Below, in pieces: positions 25,989-34,186 of a stretch of DNA of 64,000 nucleotides. The notes below the pieces were generated by a model, which saw only the letters and a program-made list of their open reading frames with translations, made no database searches and was not told the DNA's origin. The translations under genes and the position numbers were made by a program. Numbering within the stretch: position 1 is the first letter of the stretch; each line of letters starts with the position of its first letter. The stretch covers positions 6,537 through 70,536 of the forward strand of contig JAFTVQ010000085.1 in assembly GCA_017461865.1 (NCBI GenBank), given 5' to 3'. The stretch is from Lachnospiraceae bacterium. GTDB taxonomy: Bacteria; Bacillota; Clostridia; Lachnospirales; Lachnospiraceae.

Positions 25989-27068
25989 TTATGCGTTCAT
26001 CTGAGCAGCAACTTCTGCAGCGAAGTCTTCGTTCTTCTTCTCCATACCTTCACCAACTTCGAAACGAACGAACTTGGTAATTGTAAGTGCTTTGTTCACT
26101 GACTCAAGATATTTTCCGACTGTCTGCTTACCGTCTTCTGCTTTTACATATACCTGATCGAGAAGACTGATTTCTTTCAGCTGTTTAGAGATACGGCCTT
26201 CAATCATACCGCCGAAAATCTTATTCTCAACAATGTTAGCCTTATCCTGCATTGCCAAATCTGCCAACGTAGCCTTAGCAGCATCTGAAAGGAAGTTGAA
26301 TAAATATTTATCATTTTTCTTCTCTTCGTATGCAGCAAGATCTTCGTCTGAGAATAACTTATCACCTACTGCTTTATCAAACAAAGCATTTAAAATCGGT
26401 TTCGGAAGTGAAGCCGGATCATTTAATGAGCTGTCTACTGTAATGTCTCTCATCTTGTCGATTTCAGCCTGTGAAATATCAGCTCTTCCCACATACTGCG
26501 GATTCATAGCTGCAACCTGCATAGCAACGTTTGTAAGCGCTTCTTTCTCAGCATCGCCGTTTGCACCTGTAGCTGCAACCAAAACACCGATTTTTCCGCC
26601 GCCGTGAAGATAAGTAGCCACACAATCACCGGAAACTTTTGCAAATCTACGGAAAGATAATTTTTCTCCGATGGTAGCTGTCTTTTCTACCAAAAGATCC
26701 TGAAGACCGTTTGAAGCAAGAACTGCATCTACATCTTCACCGTTTGCACCGCCGTTTAATCCTGATGCAAGAGCAGTGTCAGCAACTGCCTGTACAAACT
26801 CCTGGAACACTTCGTTTTTAGCAACGAAATCTGTTTCAGAGTTAACCTCAGCAACAACCGCATCTGTACCGTTTGTTGCTACACGCGCAATACCTTCGGC
26901 TGCAATTCTGCTGGCTTTCTTTTCCATCTTAGCAGCACCGCTTTTTCTTAATACATCAACAGCTGCATCCATATCACCGTTTGTTTCTGTAAGAGCTTTT
27001 TTACAGTCCATCATACCTGCGCCTGTCATTTCTCTTAATTCTTTTACCATAGCTGCTGTAATTGCCAT
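25989..27068 (-). CDS. tsf: translation elongation factor Ts
   Basis: 359 aa. MAITAAMVKELREMTGAGMMDCKKAL UBA-like N-terminus and conserved core. Confidence 0.95.
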   Translation of the reverse strand: MAITAAMVKELREMTGAGMMDCKKALTETNGDMDAAVDVLRKSGAAKMEKKASRIAAEGIARVATNGTDAVVAEVNSETDFVAKNEVFQEFVQAVADTALASGLNGGANGEDVDAVLASNGLQDLLVEKTATIGEKLSFRRFAKVSGDCVATYLHGGGKIGVLVAATGANGDAEKEALTNVAMQVAAMNPQYVGRADISQAEIDKMRDITVDSSLNDPASLPKPILNALFDKAVGDKLFSDEDLAAYEEKKNDKYLFNFLSDAAKATLADLAMQDKANIVENKIFGGMIEGRISKQLKEISLLDQVYVKAEDGKQTVGKYLESVNKALTITKFVRFEVGEGMEKKNEDFAAEVAAQMNA

Positions 27069-27119
27069 ATTATTTTCCTCCGTTATATTCTAAACTTATT
27101 TACCATTTATAAAACCGAA

Positions 27120-27848
27120 TTATTCAGCATCTGCCTCTTCTGCTGCTTCTGCAACTTCTTCGGCAGCACCCTGGTTCGCTTCGATAACAGCATCTGCCAT
27201 CTTAGAAACGATGAGTTTTACTGCACGGATTGCATCATCGTTACCCGGAATTACGAAATCAAGTTCTTCCGGATCACAGTTTGTATCAGCGATACCTACC
27301 AATGTGATTCCGAGTGCATGTGCTTCCTGGATACAGATTCTTTCTTTCTTAGGGTCTACTACAAAGATAGCATCCGGAATATGTTCCATTTCTTTGATTC
27401 CGCCTAAGTTTTTCTCTAATTTTTCCCACTCTTTCTTAAGAGCGATAACTTCTTTCTTCGGAAGTACATCGAATGTTCCGTCTTCTGACATTGTCTCAAT
27501 TGCTTTTAAGCGGGCAATTCTTGACTGGATTGTCTTGAAGTTTGTGAGCATACCACCTAACCATCTCTCGTTTACGTAGTACATTCCGCAACGCTCTGCC
27601 TCTGTCTTAACAGCATCCTGAGCCTGTTTCTTTGTACCTACAAAAAGGATAGTACCGCCTGCTGCAGCAACTTCTGAGATTGCCTGATAAGCCTCATCCA
27701 CTTTGCCTACAGATGTCTGTAAGTCGATGATGTGGATACCGTTTCTCTCTGTGTAGATGTACGGAGCCATCTTAGGGTTCCATCTTCTTGTCTGATGTCC
27801 GAAATGAACACCTGCTTCTAATAACTGTTTCATTGAAATAACGCTCAT
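27120..27848 (-). CDS. rpsB: 30S ribosomal protein S2
   Basis: 242 aa. [28 protein letters not shown]-terminus. Acidic tail. Confidence 0.97.
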   Translation of the reverse strand: MSVISMKQLLEAGVHFGHQTRRWNPKMAPYIYTERNGIHIIDLQTSVGKVDEAYQAISEVAAAGGTILFVGTKKQAQDAVKTEAERCGMYYVNERWLGGMLTNFKTIQSRIARLKAIETMSEDGTFDVLPKKEVIALKKEWEKLEKNLGGIKEMEHIPDAIFVVDPKKERICIQEAHALGITLVGIADTNCDPEELDFVIPGNDDAIRAVKLIVSKMADAVIEANQGAAEEVAEAAEEADAE

Positions 27849-27989
27849 GTCTTTACCTCCATTTGGTTAAAATTTGCTTCCGCACACATCAACTTTCCGT
27901 GCCACCTCCGCGTTAAAGAAGCACCGGCCGGAAATCCGTCTGCGTGTTTAATAGTTACTTATTGCGTCTTTGCAGACCACAACGCATAG

Positions 27990-28018
27990 ATTTTAACACA
28001 AAAAAGCCCCTGTTTCAA
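27990..28018 (-). promoter_or_regulatory. Predicted sigma-A promoter of rpsB-tsf
   Basis: Minus strand reads TTGAAA (28013..28018), 17 nt, TGt TAAAAT (-10 at 27990..27995), an extended -10. The -35 is embedded in the upstream terminator hairpin. Leaves a ~135-nt 5' UTR. Confidence 0.55.
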
Positions 28019-28024
28019 GGGCTT
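28000..28024 (-). terminator. Rho-independent terminator ending the fla/che-sigD transcription unit
   Basis: Minus strand reads AAGCCCTTG-AAA-CAGGGGCTT followed by TTTTTGTG. Lies ~40 nt after the stop of the 190-aa gene. Confidence 0.75.
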
Positions 28025-28063
28025 TTCTGATATTTTGTTATAATTTTGTCTCATATCTGATGA

Positions 28064-28636
28064 CTAATTCGGCCGCGTTGTCAAAATCGCCGCAATCTCC
28101 TCATCGCCGGCTCCTACCGGAATCCTGTGAGTCCCCGTACATATCCTCTTATCGTAGCCGTTCGTACAAAGATATCTGTCATAGGCCTGTGCATCATCAA
28201 CCAATCCTGCCTGAAGCAATTTCTTTGCCACCGTCTGGGATCCGTCTCCGCCCTGCACTACAATCTCAACCGTCTGATCTGTTTCAATTTCTTTGATCGG
28301 AGTTTCTTCCTCTTTCGGCTCTTCTTCCGTCTCTTCCTCTTCCTGTACTACGGTCTCATTCTCGTCCGGTTGCTGATTCTTCTCATCATCTTCTTCCTGC
28401 TTTGCTTCCACATCCGGCACTGTCACGACAGCTGTTTCTTTTTCTGCCTGATTGTCCGACACCGTATCTGCGAGAACCACGTCTTCATATTCCTGTACCA
28501 TCCCCAAAGCCTCAGCCCGCGCAATAATCTCATCATCGGTCAGCTTTTCGGTCTTTCCGTTTATCGTCACGCTCATCAGAACAGCCGTCACCAAAATACC
28601 GATGCCGAGACCTCTCATGTAATATCTAAGTTTCAT
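28064..28636 (-). CDS. hypothetical membrane-anchored protein with acidic linker and C-terminal YceG/MltG-N-terminal-like (LysM-like) domain
   Basis: 190 aa. N-terminal TM (GLGIGILVTAVLMSV). E/D-rich linker. The C-terminus VEIVVQGGDGSQTVAKKLLQAGLVDDAQAYDRYL...GTHRIPVGAGDEEIAAIL resembles the small N-terminal domain of MltG. No lytic transglycosylase catalytic domain. Confidence 0.55.
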   Translation of the reverse strand: MKLRYYMRGLGIGILVTAVLMSVTINGKTEKLTDDEIIARAEALGMVQEYEDVVLADTVSDNQAEKETAVVTVPDVEAKQEEDDEKNQQPDENETVVQEEEETEEEPKEEETPIKEIETDQTVEIVVQGGDGSQTVAKKLLQAGLVDDAQAYDRYLCTNGYDKRICTGTHRIPVGAGDEEIAAILTTRPN

Positions 28637-28638
28637 TT

Positions 28639-29409
28639 TTATATCCCCTTAAACAAATCGATTACCAGCTTCACTTCACCGACACCAAGGCCAAGCTCCT
28701 TGGCAATTGCCACGTTGCTTTTTCCTTTCTTGTGAAGTTCAAGAATCCGCTCATTATTATTATCCGCCGATTCCTGCGCCGCATCGAATTGAAGCGATAT
28801 ATTCGTTTTCTCCGGCATCTTTTCTTTCTTTTTCGCAACAGACTTTGTCGCTGCTTTCTTTGCCGTCTTCTCTGTTTTTTTCTCTTTTTCTTCTGCCGGA
28901 GGTTGCAGCTTCTCAATTCCGGTCAAGTCTATCGGCTTAAACGCTTCATCCAGTGCCTGCGTCGCTTCAGACACCTCTTTTTTAACCACGTCCGCTTCCT
29001 GTACCGCTTCATTTACTTCTTTCACAGCCTTTGTAACTTCACTGGCCGTCTCTTTGATATTCTCATGTTTGTCATTGAGCATATCGTACAAAAACAGCAC
29101 CTCTTCATGGCTTTTATGAATGTCCGTCAACACCGTCTCCGTATATTCCGAAATCGCTGTCAGTTTCTCGTTGGAAATACGCTCCAAAGCACGTTCCGTT
29201 CTCTCCATGGAATAAGACACGGTTTCTTCCACTGTATCTTCCACCTGGGAGCGGACATTTTTTAATTCCGCTTTCAACATTTCCTGTATCTGTTCCTGCG
29301 TCAGCTGCTTATCCACTTCTTCCATCTCACTCTTACTTTCCGGCACAATAAAACTGCCGATAAAAATGAGAGCACCGAGAATCAGCAATATTATCTCAAG
29401 TGTGGTCAT
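28639..29409 (-). CDS. hypothetical single-pass membrane protein with cytoplasmic coiled coil and C-terminal HTH-like motif (SwrB-like by position and architecture)
   Basis: 256 aa. N-terminal TM (LEIILLILGALIFIGSFIV), long E/K-rich helical region, K-rich linker. C-terminal ILELHKKGKSNVAIAKELGLGVGEVKLVIDLF looks like helix-turn-helix. Confidence 0.55.
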   Translation of the reverse strand: MTTLEIILLILGALIFIGSFIVPESKSEMEEVDKQLTQEQIQEMLKAELKNVRSQVEDTVEETVSYSMERTERALERISNEKLTAISEYTETVLTDIHKSHEEVLFLYDMLNDKHENIKETASEVTKAVKEVNEAVQEADVVKKEVSEATQALDEAFKPIDLTGIEKLQPPAEEKEKKTEKTAKKAATKSVAKKKEKMPEKTNISLQFDAAQESADNNNERILELHKKGKSNVAIAKELGLGVGEVKLVIDLFKGI

Positions 29410-29454
29410 TTCTTTTCCTCTTTTTTGCTATTCTTCCTTTTCTGACAAAACCAG

Positions 29455-29778
29455 TTATACCGAACATTCAAAATGGGACATCCCCTTGCGGATTACTTTT
29501 CCGTCAGCTGAAAACTCCGCCTGACCCTGTCTTCTTCCTCTTCCGCCGTCACCCTGATACTCATTTTTTCCTTTCTCCTTGGCATCCTGTTTCCTCTGAT
29601 AATTATCAGATTCATCAGACTGTCTTACCTGAGTCAGTTTCTTTTCCACCGTCTTTTCCATGGCCGTTTGAAAAACCGCCTGATCCATCATCGGCTTCAT
29701 ATCCTCATTCTGTTTTATCACGGTAAAATCCTGTGTTCTTGTCATAATACCGTTTAATTGCATCGGACCGATCGCCAT
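29455..29778 (-). CDS. hypothetical protein (107 aa), charged/low-complexity, unknown family
   Basis: ATG 29778 preceded by GAGGAGGAG. Tightly packed between the FapA-like gene and the following membrane protein. No TM segments. Confidence 0.5.
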   Translation of the reverse strand: MAIGPMQLNGIMTRTQDFTVIKQNEDMKPMMDQAVFQTAMEKTVEKKLTQVRQSDESDNYQRKQDAKEKGKNEYQGDGGRGRRQGQAEFSADGKVIRKGMSHFECSV

Positions 29779-29792
29779 ACCAATCTCCTCCT

Positions 29793-31385
29793 CTACAGTG
29801 AGTGAATCTTTACTTCTCCGTGTTCATCCACAAAACGACTGAACTTGATATCACTCTTCAACGTCAAAGAGTCCTCACCGATTACAATTTTTGTTCCTGC
29901 ATATGCCGTTTCACGCACGCATACACACGCATCCGAACGATGGGTCAGCATCTGATCCAGTTCTTCAAACTCTGCATTCCCGGCAGCCATCTGCTCCTGA
30001 AGCTGTTGGCTGAGCTGCATCAACGAGCGGACATACTGCATCTGCTCCGGAGGCAGTTTTGCCCCGGACTTAATCTTAGCTGCAGCACCTGTCAGCGTAG
30101 TCTGTATAGTCGCATACTTTTTGTTCATCTCCGCCATTTCTTTCTGCAATTCGACATAACGCATTTTCTGCTGCGGATCAACACCAACTTCCACCAAAGT
30201 ATCTGCTCCCATGGCAGAACCGAGTGTTTTACAAGATATCTTTTCCGCGGCGCGCACTGCACCGCCTGCAATAAATCCCTTTTTACCGTCCACGGTAATT
30301 TGTGTTCTGGCACTCACTTTACTGTGCATAATAGAGTTGGCTTCCACATGGGTTCCCGCTTCAATCGTAGCATTTTCCACAAACTTTGCCACTACACTTC
30401 CGCCGGCCTTCAGGACGCCCTTTCCCATTCCGTTCATGCCCCGGGCAATGATAATATCACCGCCGGCCGTAATGGACGCACCTTCCACGACGCCCCGGAC
30501 CTCCACACTGCCCGTAGCGTTAATGCTGAATCCAGCCTGCACATTACCCGATACAATCACATTTCCTTCTGAAGTAATATTACCGGTCGCCGTGCCGACA
30601 TTTTCCACTTCATACACATCGGACACAAACACTTTGTCTCCTGCAAGCATAACATGCCCGTTAATTTTAGATCGAATCTCCAACTTATCCTCAGACAACT
30701 CAATCTTGTCACCATATTTTAACGTAAGGTGCTTTACCTCTATCGGCTTTATACGCTCGCCGTATACGTTACAACCATAGTCGCCTCTGTCCTCCGGCGT
30801 CAATCTGGCAAGCACATCGCCTTCTTTACAATGATTGATTGTATTCAAATTAAAAAAGTCAACCGAACCGTCCTCCAGACGCGTCGGACGTGCATGGCGG
30901 TCTGTATTGAAGAAATATTCAATGCTCGCATCACTTCCGTTACGCGGTGCAAGTCCGGATGCAACAACAATATCCGTACAATATTCCCTCTTTTCAAGAA
31001 ACGCATCGATTGCTTTCTCATCAATTCCGTATTTCACATTCTTGTGTGCAAGATCTCCGAGAATATCCGACTTACTCATCAGACTTCCTGTCTCATTCGG
31101 CGGCACAAAGCGAATTACCGCTGTCATTTTATCCTCTGACACCTTCAAAAAAAACATTTCATTTTCCGGTAATCTGTGTGGTACCGGAAGCATAACAACA
31201 ACAGGCTCCGTTCTCATCGTCTGGATTGCCTGATATAGTTCTTTCACGTCATATTGCGTAATCCTTTTCAACTGCAGATACGCCGTTACCTCATTGATAT
31301 CCACCCTTTTCCCGCCTTCTGTTGCAGGAATGAACTCAATGCCGGTCCCCATCTGCGTTGTTACCATGCGAAAATAAGAGTTCAT
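29793..31385 (-). CDS. FapA-family (DUF342) protein
   Basis: 530 aa. The central beta-helix-like repeats (TATGNITSEGNVIVSGNVQAGFSINATGSVEVRGVVEGASITAGGDIIIARGMNGMGKGVLKAGGSVVAKFVENATIEAG) and C-terminal coiled coil are typical of DUF342/FapA. Confidence 0.75.
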   Translation of the reverse strand: MNSYFRMVTTQMGTGIEFIPATEGGKRVDINEVTAYLQLKRITQYDVKELYQAIQTMRTEPVVVMLPVPHRLPENEMFFLKVSEDKMTAVIRFVPPNETGSLMSKSDILGDLAHKNVKYGIDEKAIDAFLEKREYCTDIVVASGLAPRNGSDASIEYFFNTDRHARPTRLEDGSVDFFNLNTINHCKEGDVLARLTPEDRGDYGCNVYGERIKPIEVKHLTLKYGDKIELSEDKLEIRSKINGHVMLAGDKVFVSDVYEVENVGTATGNITSEGNVIVSGNVQAGFSINATGSVEVRGVVEGASITAGGDIIIARGMNGMGKGVLKAGGSVVAKFVENATIEAGTHVEANSIMHSKVSARTQITVDGKKGFIAGGAVRAAEKISCKTLGSAMGADTLVEVGVDPQQKMRYVELQKEMAEMNKKYATIQTTLTGAAAKIKSGAKLPPEQMQYVRSLMQLSQQLQEQMAAGNAEFEELDQMLTHRSDACVCVRETAYAGTKIVIGEDSLTLKSDIKFSRFVDEHGEVKIHSL

Positions 31386-31428
31386 AAAACCTCCTTTCCG
31401 TTACGGTATACCGTAATCCCCTTCCCTT

Positions 31429-32202
31429 TTACAATGAATCATGGAGAATTCCCATATAATTTCCGAGTCTGGTCTTCATCTTCGAAAGCCCCTTTGTATG
31501 AAGCTGCGAAACACGCGATTCAGACACTTCCAAAATATTACTGATTTCCTTCAAAGTTAATTCCTCGTAATAATACAGAAGAATTACCTTCTTCTCCTTT
31601 TCTGTCAACAATTCCAATGCTTCCATAAGCATTTCTTTCAATTCATGTTGTTCCATGATCTTTTCCGGCTGGGCAAAATGTCCGGACACCCGCCCACGCT
31701 CATTGGAAATATCACTTCCCTGTTCCAAGTACTCATTCAGAGAAACAACACCTGTTATTTTCATCTGGGACTGCCACTCAACATACTCCTCATCGGAAAT
31801 ACCGAGTCCCAACGCTATTTCTTCGTCGGTTGCAGGTCTTCCCGTTTCCTGCTCCACCTGACGCATAACAGCTTCTATCTGTTTCTGCTTCTGGCGTATT
31901 GTCCGCGGTATCCAGTCCATCTTACGAATCTGATCCAAAATGGAACCACGGATTCTGAGACTTGCATATGTCTCAAATTTCACTTCCTTCAAGGAGTCAT
32001 ATTTGTCAATCGCATCGATAAGTCCGAAAATACCATATCCTACAAGATCATCAAACTCGACATTGTTGCCGAGATACATTCCGAGCCGTCCTGCAACCAC
32101 TTTTACAAGAGGTGCGTATTCTAATATGATTTTTTCTCTGATATCCGGGCTTTTCGTGCGCGCGTAATCAATCCACAAACGCTTTCTTGCCGCTTCATCC
32201 AT
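31429..32202 (-). CDS. sigD: flagellar RNA polymerase sigma factor SigD/FliA (sigma-28)
   Basis: Region 2 (YAPLVKVVAGRL..DDLVGYGIFGLIDAIDKYD) and region 4 (LTLKEISNILEVSESRVSQLHTKGL). Start ATG 32202 (MDEAARK...) sits 7 nt after GGGAGG. Confidence 0.92.
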   Translation of the reverse strand: MDEAARKRLWIDYARTKSPDIREKIILEYAPLVKVVAGRLGMYLGNNVEFDDLVGYGIFGLIDAIDKYDSLKEVKFETYASLRIRGSILDQIRKMDWIPRTIRQKQKQIEAVMRQVEQETGRPATDEEIALGLGISDEEYVEWQSQMKITGVVSLNEYLEQGSDISNERGRVSGHFAQPEKIMEQHELKEMLMEALELLTEKEKKVILLYYYEELTLKEISNILEVSESRVSQLHTKGLSKMKTRLGNYMGILHDSL

Positions 32203-32239
32203 ACGATAACCTCCCACAAGCAGTTTTCTCCCCTACCGA

Positions 32240-32524
32240 CTACTTTTTCTCAATCACAGAACCATCCTGATTCTGCGACTCTTCCCCTTCTGCCTTCTCC
32301 TCATCACCGTCTTCTTCGCCTTCTTTTTCCTCTTCCTCGGTCTTCACCGGACAGAATTTGTCAAGCAATCTCTTTATCCAGGATCCAAAAATATAAAACA
32401 CAAAGAAAACGAGCAACACCACCTTTAATGTGGTATTGAGATCATAATCATTCCGATACATAACTATGCTGGTTACCAGCCCGGCAAGCAGCATCACGAT
32501 CGCTGGTATATTTTTTGTTTCCAT
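32240..32524 (-). CDS. small hypothetical membrane protein (94 aa, 2 TM, acidic tail)
   Basis: Two hydrophobic helices (IPAIVMLLAGLVTSIVMY and VVLLVFFVFYIFGSWI), then an E/D/K-rich C-terminus. Wedged between cheD and sigD. Confidence 0.5.
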   Translation of the reverse strand: METKNIPAIVMLLAGLVTSIVMYRNDYDLNTTLKVVLLVFFVFYIFGSWIKRLLDKFCPVKTEEEEKEGEEDGDEEKAEGEESQNQDGSVIEKK

Positions 32525-32563
32525 ACACTTCTCACTTTATGTAAACCTAATATTATCTATATC

Positions 32564-33049
32564 CTATATAGAATAAGGCTCCCTTCCGACTGCACGGATT
32601 TGAAACTCTCCGGTCTCAGGCGAAAAAACTACTGTTCTTCCGTAATTCGCACCTGTATCCTCCGCCAAAATCGGAATCCCCAACTCTTTCAGTTTCTGCT
32701 TTGTCGCTTCCACGTTGCGTTCACCGACACGGACAAGATTTGACTTGTTCTGGAAGGCAAACATCTGCGCTCCTCCTGCAATTTTGGCAACCAAACGATT
32801 TCTGGAAGCACCGGCCCCGACAACACAGCGAACCAGTTCCTCAATCCCTGTATCAGCAAACTTCGGAATATTAGAGCTATCTTTAATTTGTTTACTATCG
32901 GGAAGCATGATATGTGCCAGCCCACCTATCCCGGTCACGGGATCCCGCAGTGCGATACCGACACAGGATCCAAGTCCCAATGTCGTAATGGTATCCGGAC
33001 TGACACAGACTTTTAAATCTGCCATCCCCACTTTAATCATTTCACTCAT
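32564..33049 (-). CDS. cheD: chemoreceptor glutamine deamidase CheD
   Basis: 161 aa. TLGLGSCVGIAL and GGLAHIMLP motifs with the conserved Cys/His. Confidence 0.9.
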   Translation of the reverse strand: MSEMIKVGMADLKVCVSPDTITTLGLGSCVGIALRDPVTGIGGLAHIMLPDSKQIKDSSNIPKFADTGIEELVRCVVGAGASRNRLVAKIAGGAQMFAFQNKSNLVRVGERNVEATKQKLKELGIPILAEDTGANYGRTVVFSPETGEFQIRAVGREPYSI

Positions 33050-33072
33050 ATACTATTCGTTATCCCTTCGGG

Positions 33073-33690
33073 TTAATTCATTCCCAACGAACCGAGAATT
33101 TTGTCATAGGACTCCAGATCCGGCACTAAAATGAAAAATCCATCCAATGTCAGATCATCCGTAAACTGTGTCTGTATCAACAAAATTTTGTCTCCCAATG
33201 TACCGAACTCAATTGCCGGCACACTTAATATTGCTCCTGCCATATCAATACTGATATCAGGTATCGAAGGAATAATTTTCATATTTGTCAGCATAGAAAG
33301 CGAGTTAAGATAAGCACCGGTAATAATATTACCGATTTCCTTCAACGCTGATAATTCCATTTCATTCAGAGGCTCATCTGTTGCTGCCTCCATACCCATG
33401 AGTTTTGCAACCAACGTATGCGCAGACTGTTCATTCAGCAGAAACATAATGCTTCCGGTAATATCTCCTTCCACCAGAAGATAGATACCTGCCATAATCT
33501 GCTCTTCACCGCCCATCAAGGCTCCAACCTCTTTAAAATCAAGCAGTTTCACTTGCGGAACTTTCATGTCCACTTTACAACCGAGCATCTGAGCCAGTGC
33601 TGTCGTTGCATTGCCGGCTCCGATATTCCCAAGTTCCTTGAGTATGTCAAAGTACTGCTGTGAAACATGATTTAAATCAAATTTACTCAT
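33073..33690 (-). CDS. cheC: CheY-P phosphatase CheC
   Basis: FDILKELGNIGAGNATTALAQML and LSALKEIGNIITGAYLNSL duplicated CheC motifs. Start ATG 33690 clears the cheW stop at 33716. Confidence 0.88.
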   Translation of the reverse strand: MSKFDLNHVSQQYFDILKELGNIGAGNATTALAQMLGCKVDMKVPQVKLLDFKEVGALMGGEEQIMAGIYLLVEGDITGSIMFLLNEQSAHTLVAKLMGMEAATDEPLNEMELSALKEIGNIITGAYLNSLSMLTNMKIIPSIPDISIDMAGAILSVPAIEFGTLGDKILLIQTQFTDDLTLDGFFILVPDLESYDKILGSLGMN

Positions 33691-33715
33691 ACAGCACCGC
33701 TCCTTTAATCGGTTT

Positions 33716-34171
33716 TTATGCTTCTTTCTCTGCAAATGTTCCGGAAATATCCAGAAGAGAGATAAGGCCGTCTTTCTCTTTTCCTACTCCGAAAATAAAA
33801 TTCGCTCTCGGATCCTTGGAATCATAAGCAACCTTCTCAATCGCTGCATTTTCAAGAGTTACCACTTCTTTTACTTCGTCAACAAGAACACCGATGCATT
33901 CTCCTGACTCCAGTTTGATAATAATAATACGCGTTGCCTTTGTAATTGTATCATCTTCCAGTCCCATTTTGAGTCTGAGGCTGAGCACCGGAATTACTTC
34001 ACCACGGAGATTGATAACTCCCTTTATGTATGTCTGTACTTTAGGCACTCTTGTAATACGCTGCATACGCACGATATTATCTACATATTTGATATCAACA
34101 CCAAACTGTTCGTCGCCGTATTTCACAACGATAAACTGTGTGGTTTCATACTGTTCTCTGATCTCGTTCAT
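33716..34171 (-). CDS. cheW: chemotaxis coupling protein CheW
   Basis: 151 aa. FGVDIKYVDNIV...VPKVQTYIKGVINLRGEVIPVLSLR, typical CheW. Confidence 0.92.
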   Translation of the reverse strand: MNEIREQYETTQFIVVKYGDEQFGVDIKYVDNIVRMQRITRVPKVQTYIKGVINLRGEVIPVLSLRLKMGLEDDTITKATRIIIIKLESGECIGVLVDEVKEVVTLENAAIEKVAYDSKDPRANFIFGVGKEKDGLISLLDISGTFAEKEA

Positions 34172-34186
34172 GTCTGCCTCCCTCTC

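Noticed and set aside
25989-27068. EF-Ts is 359 aa, longer than the ~293 aa of B. subtilis. I considered a possible fusion.
   Set aside because: The extra residues lie within the dimerisation/core region and read as a normal long-form EF-Ts. There is no second domain or frame change.
28671-28916. Minus-strand ORFs overlapping real genes in other frames: 28671..28916 (81 aa, K/R-rich), 4728..4919, 52348..52542, 58867..59409, 15268..15603 and 3406..3753.
   Set aside because: They are alternative frames of repetitive or charged coding regions (SwrB-like gene, ylxR, flgE upstream region, fliG, polC linker, infB linker). Their composition is extreme, they have no RBS, and there is no space for independent genes.
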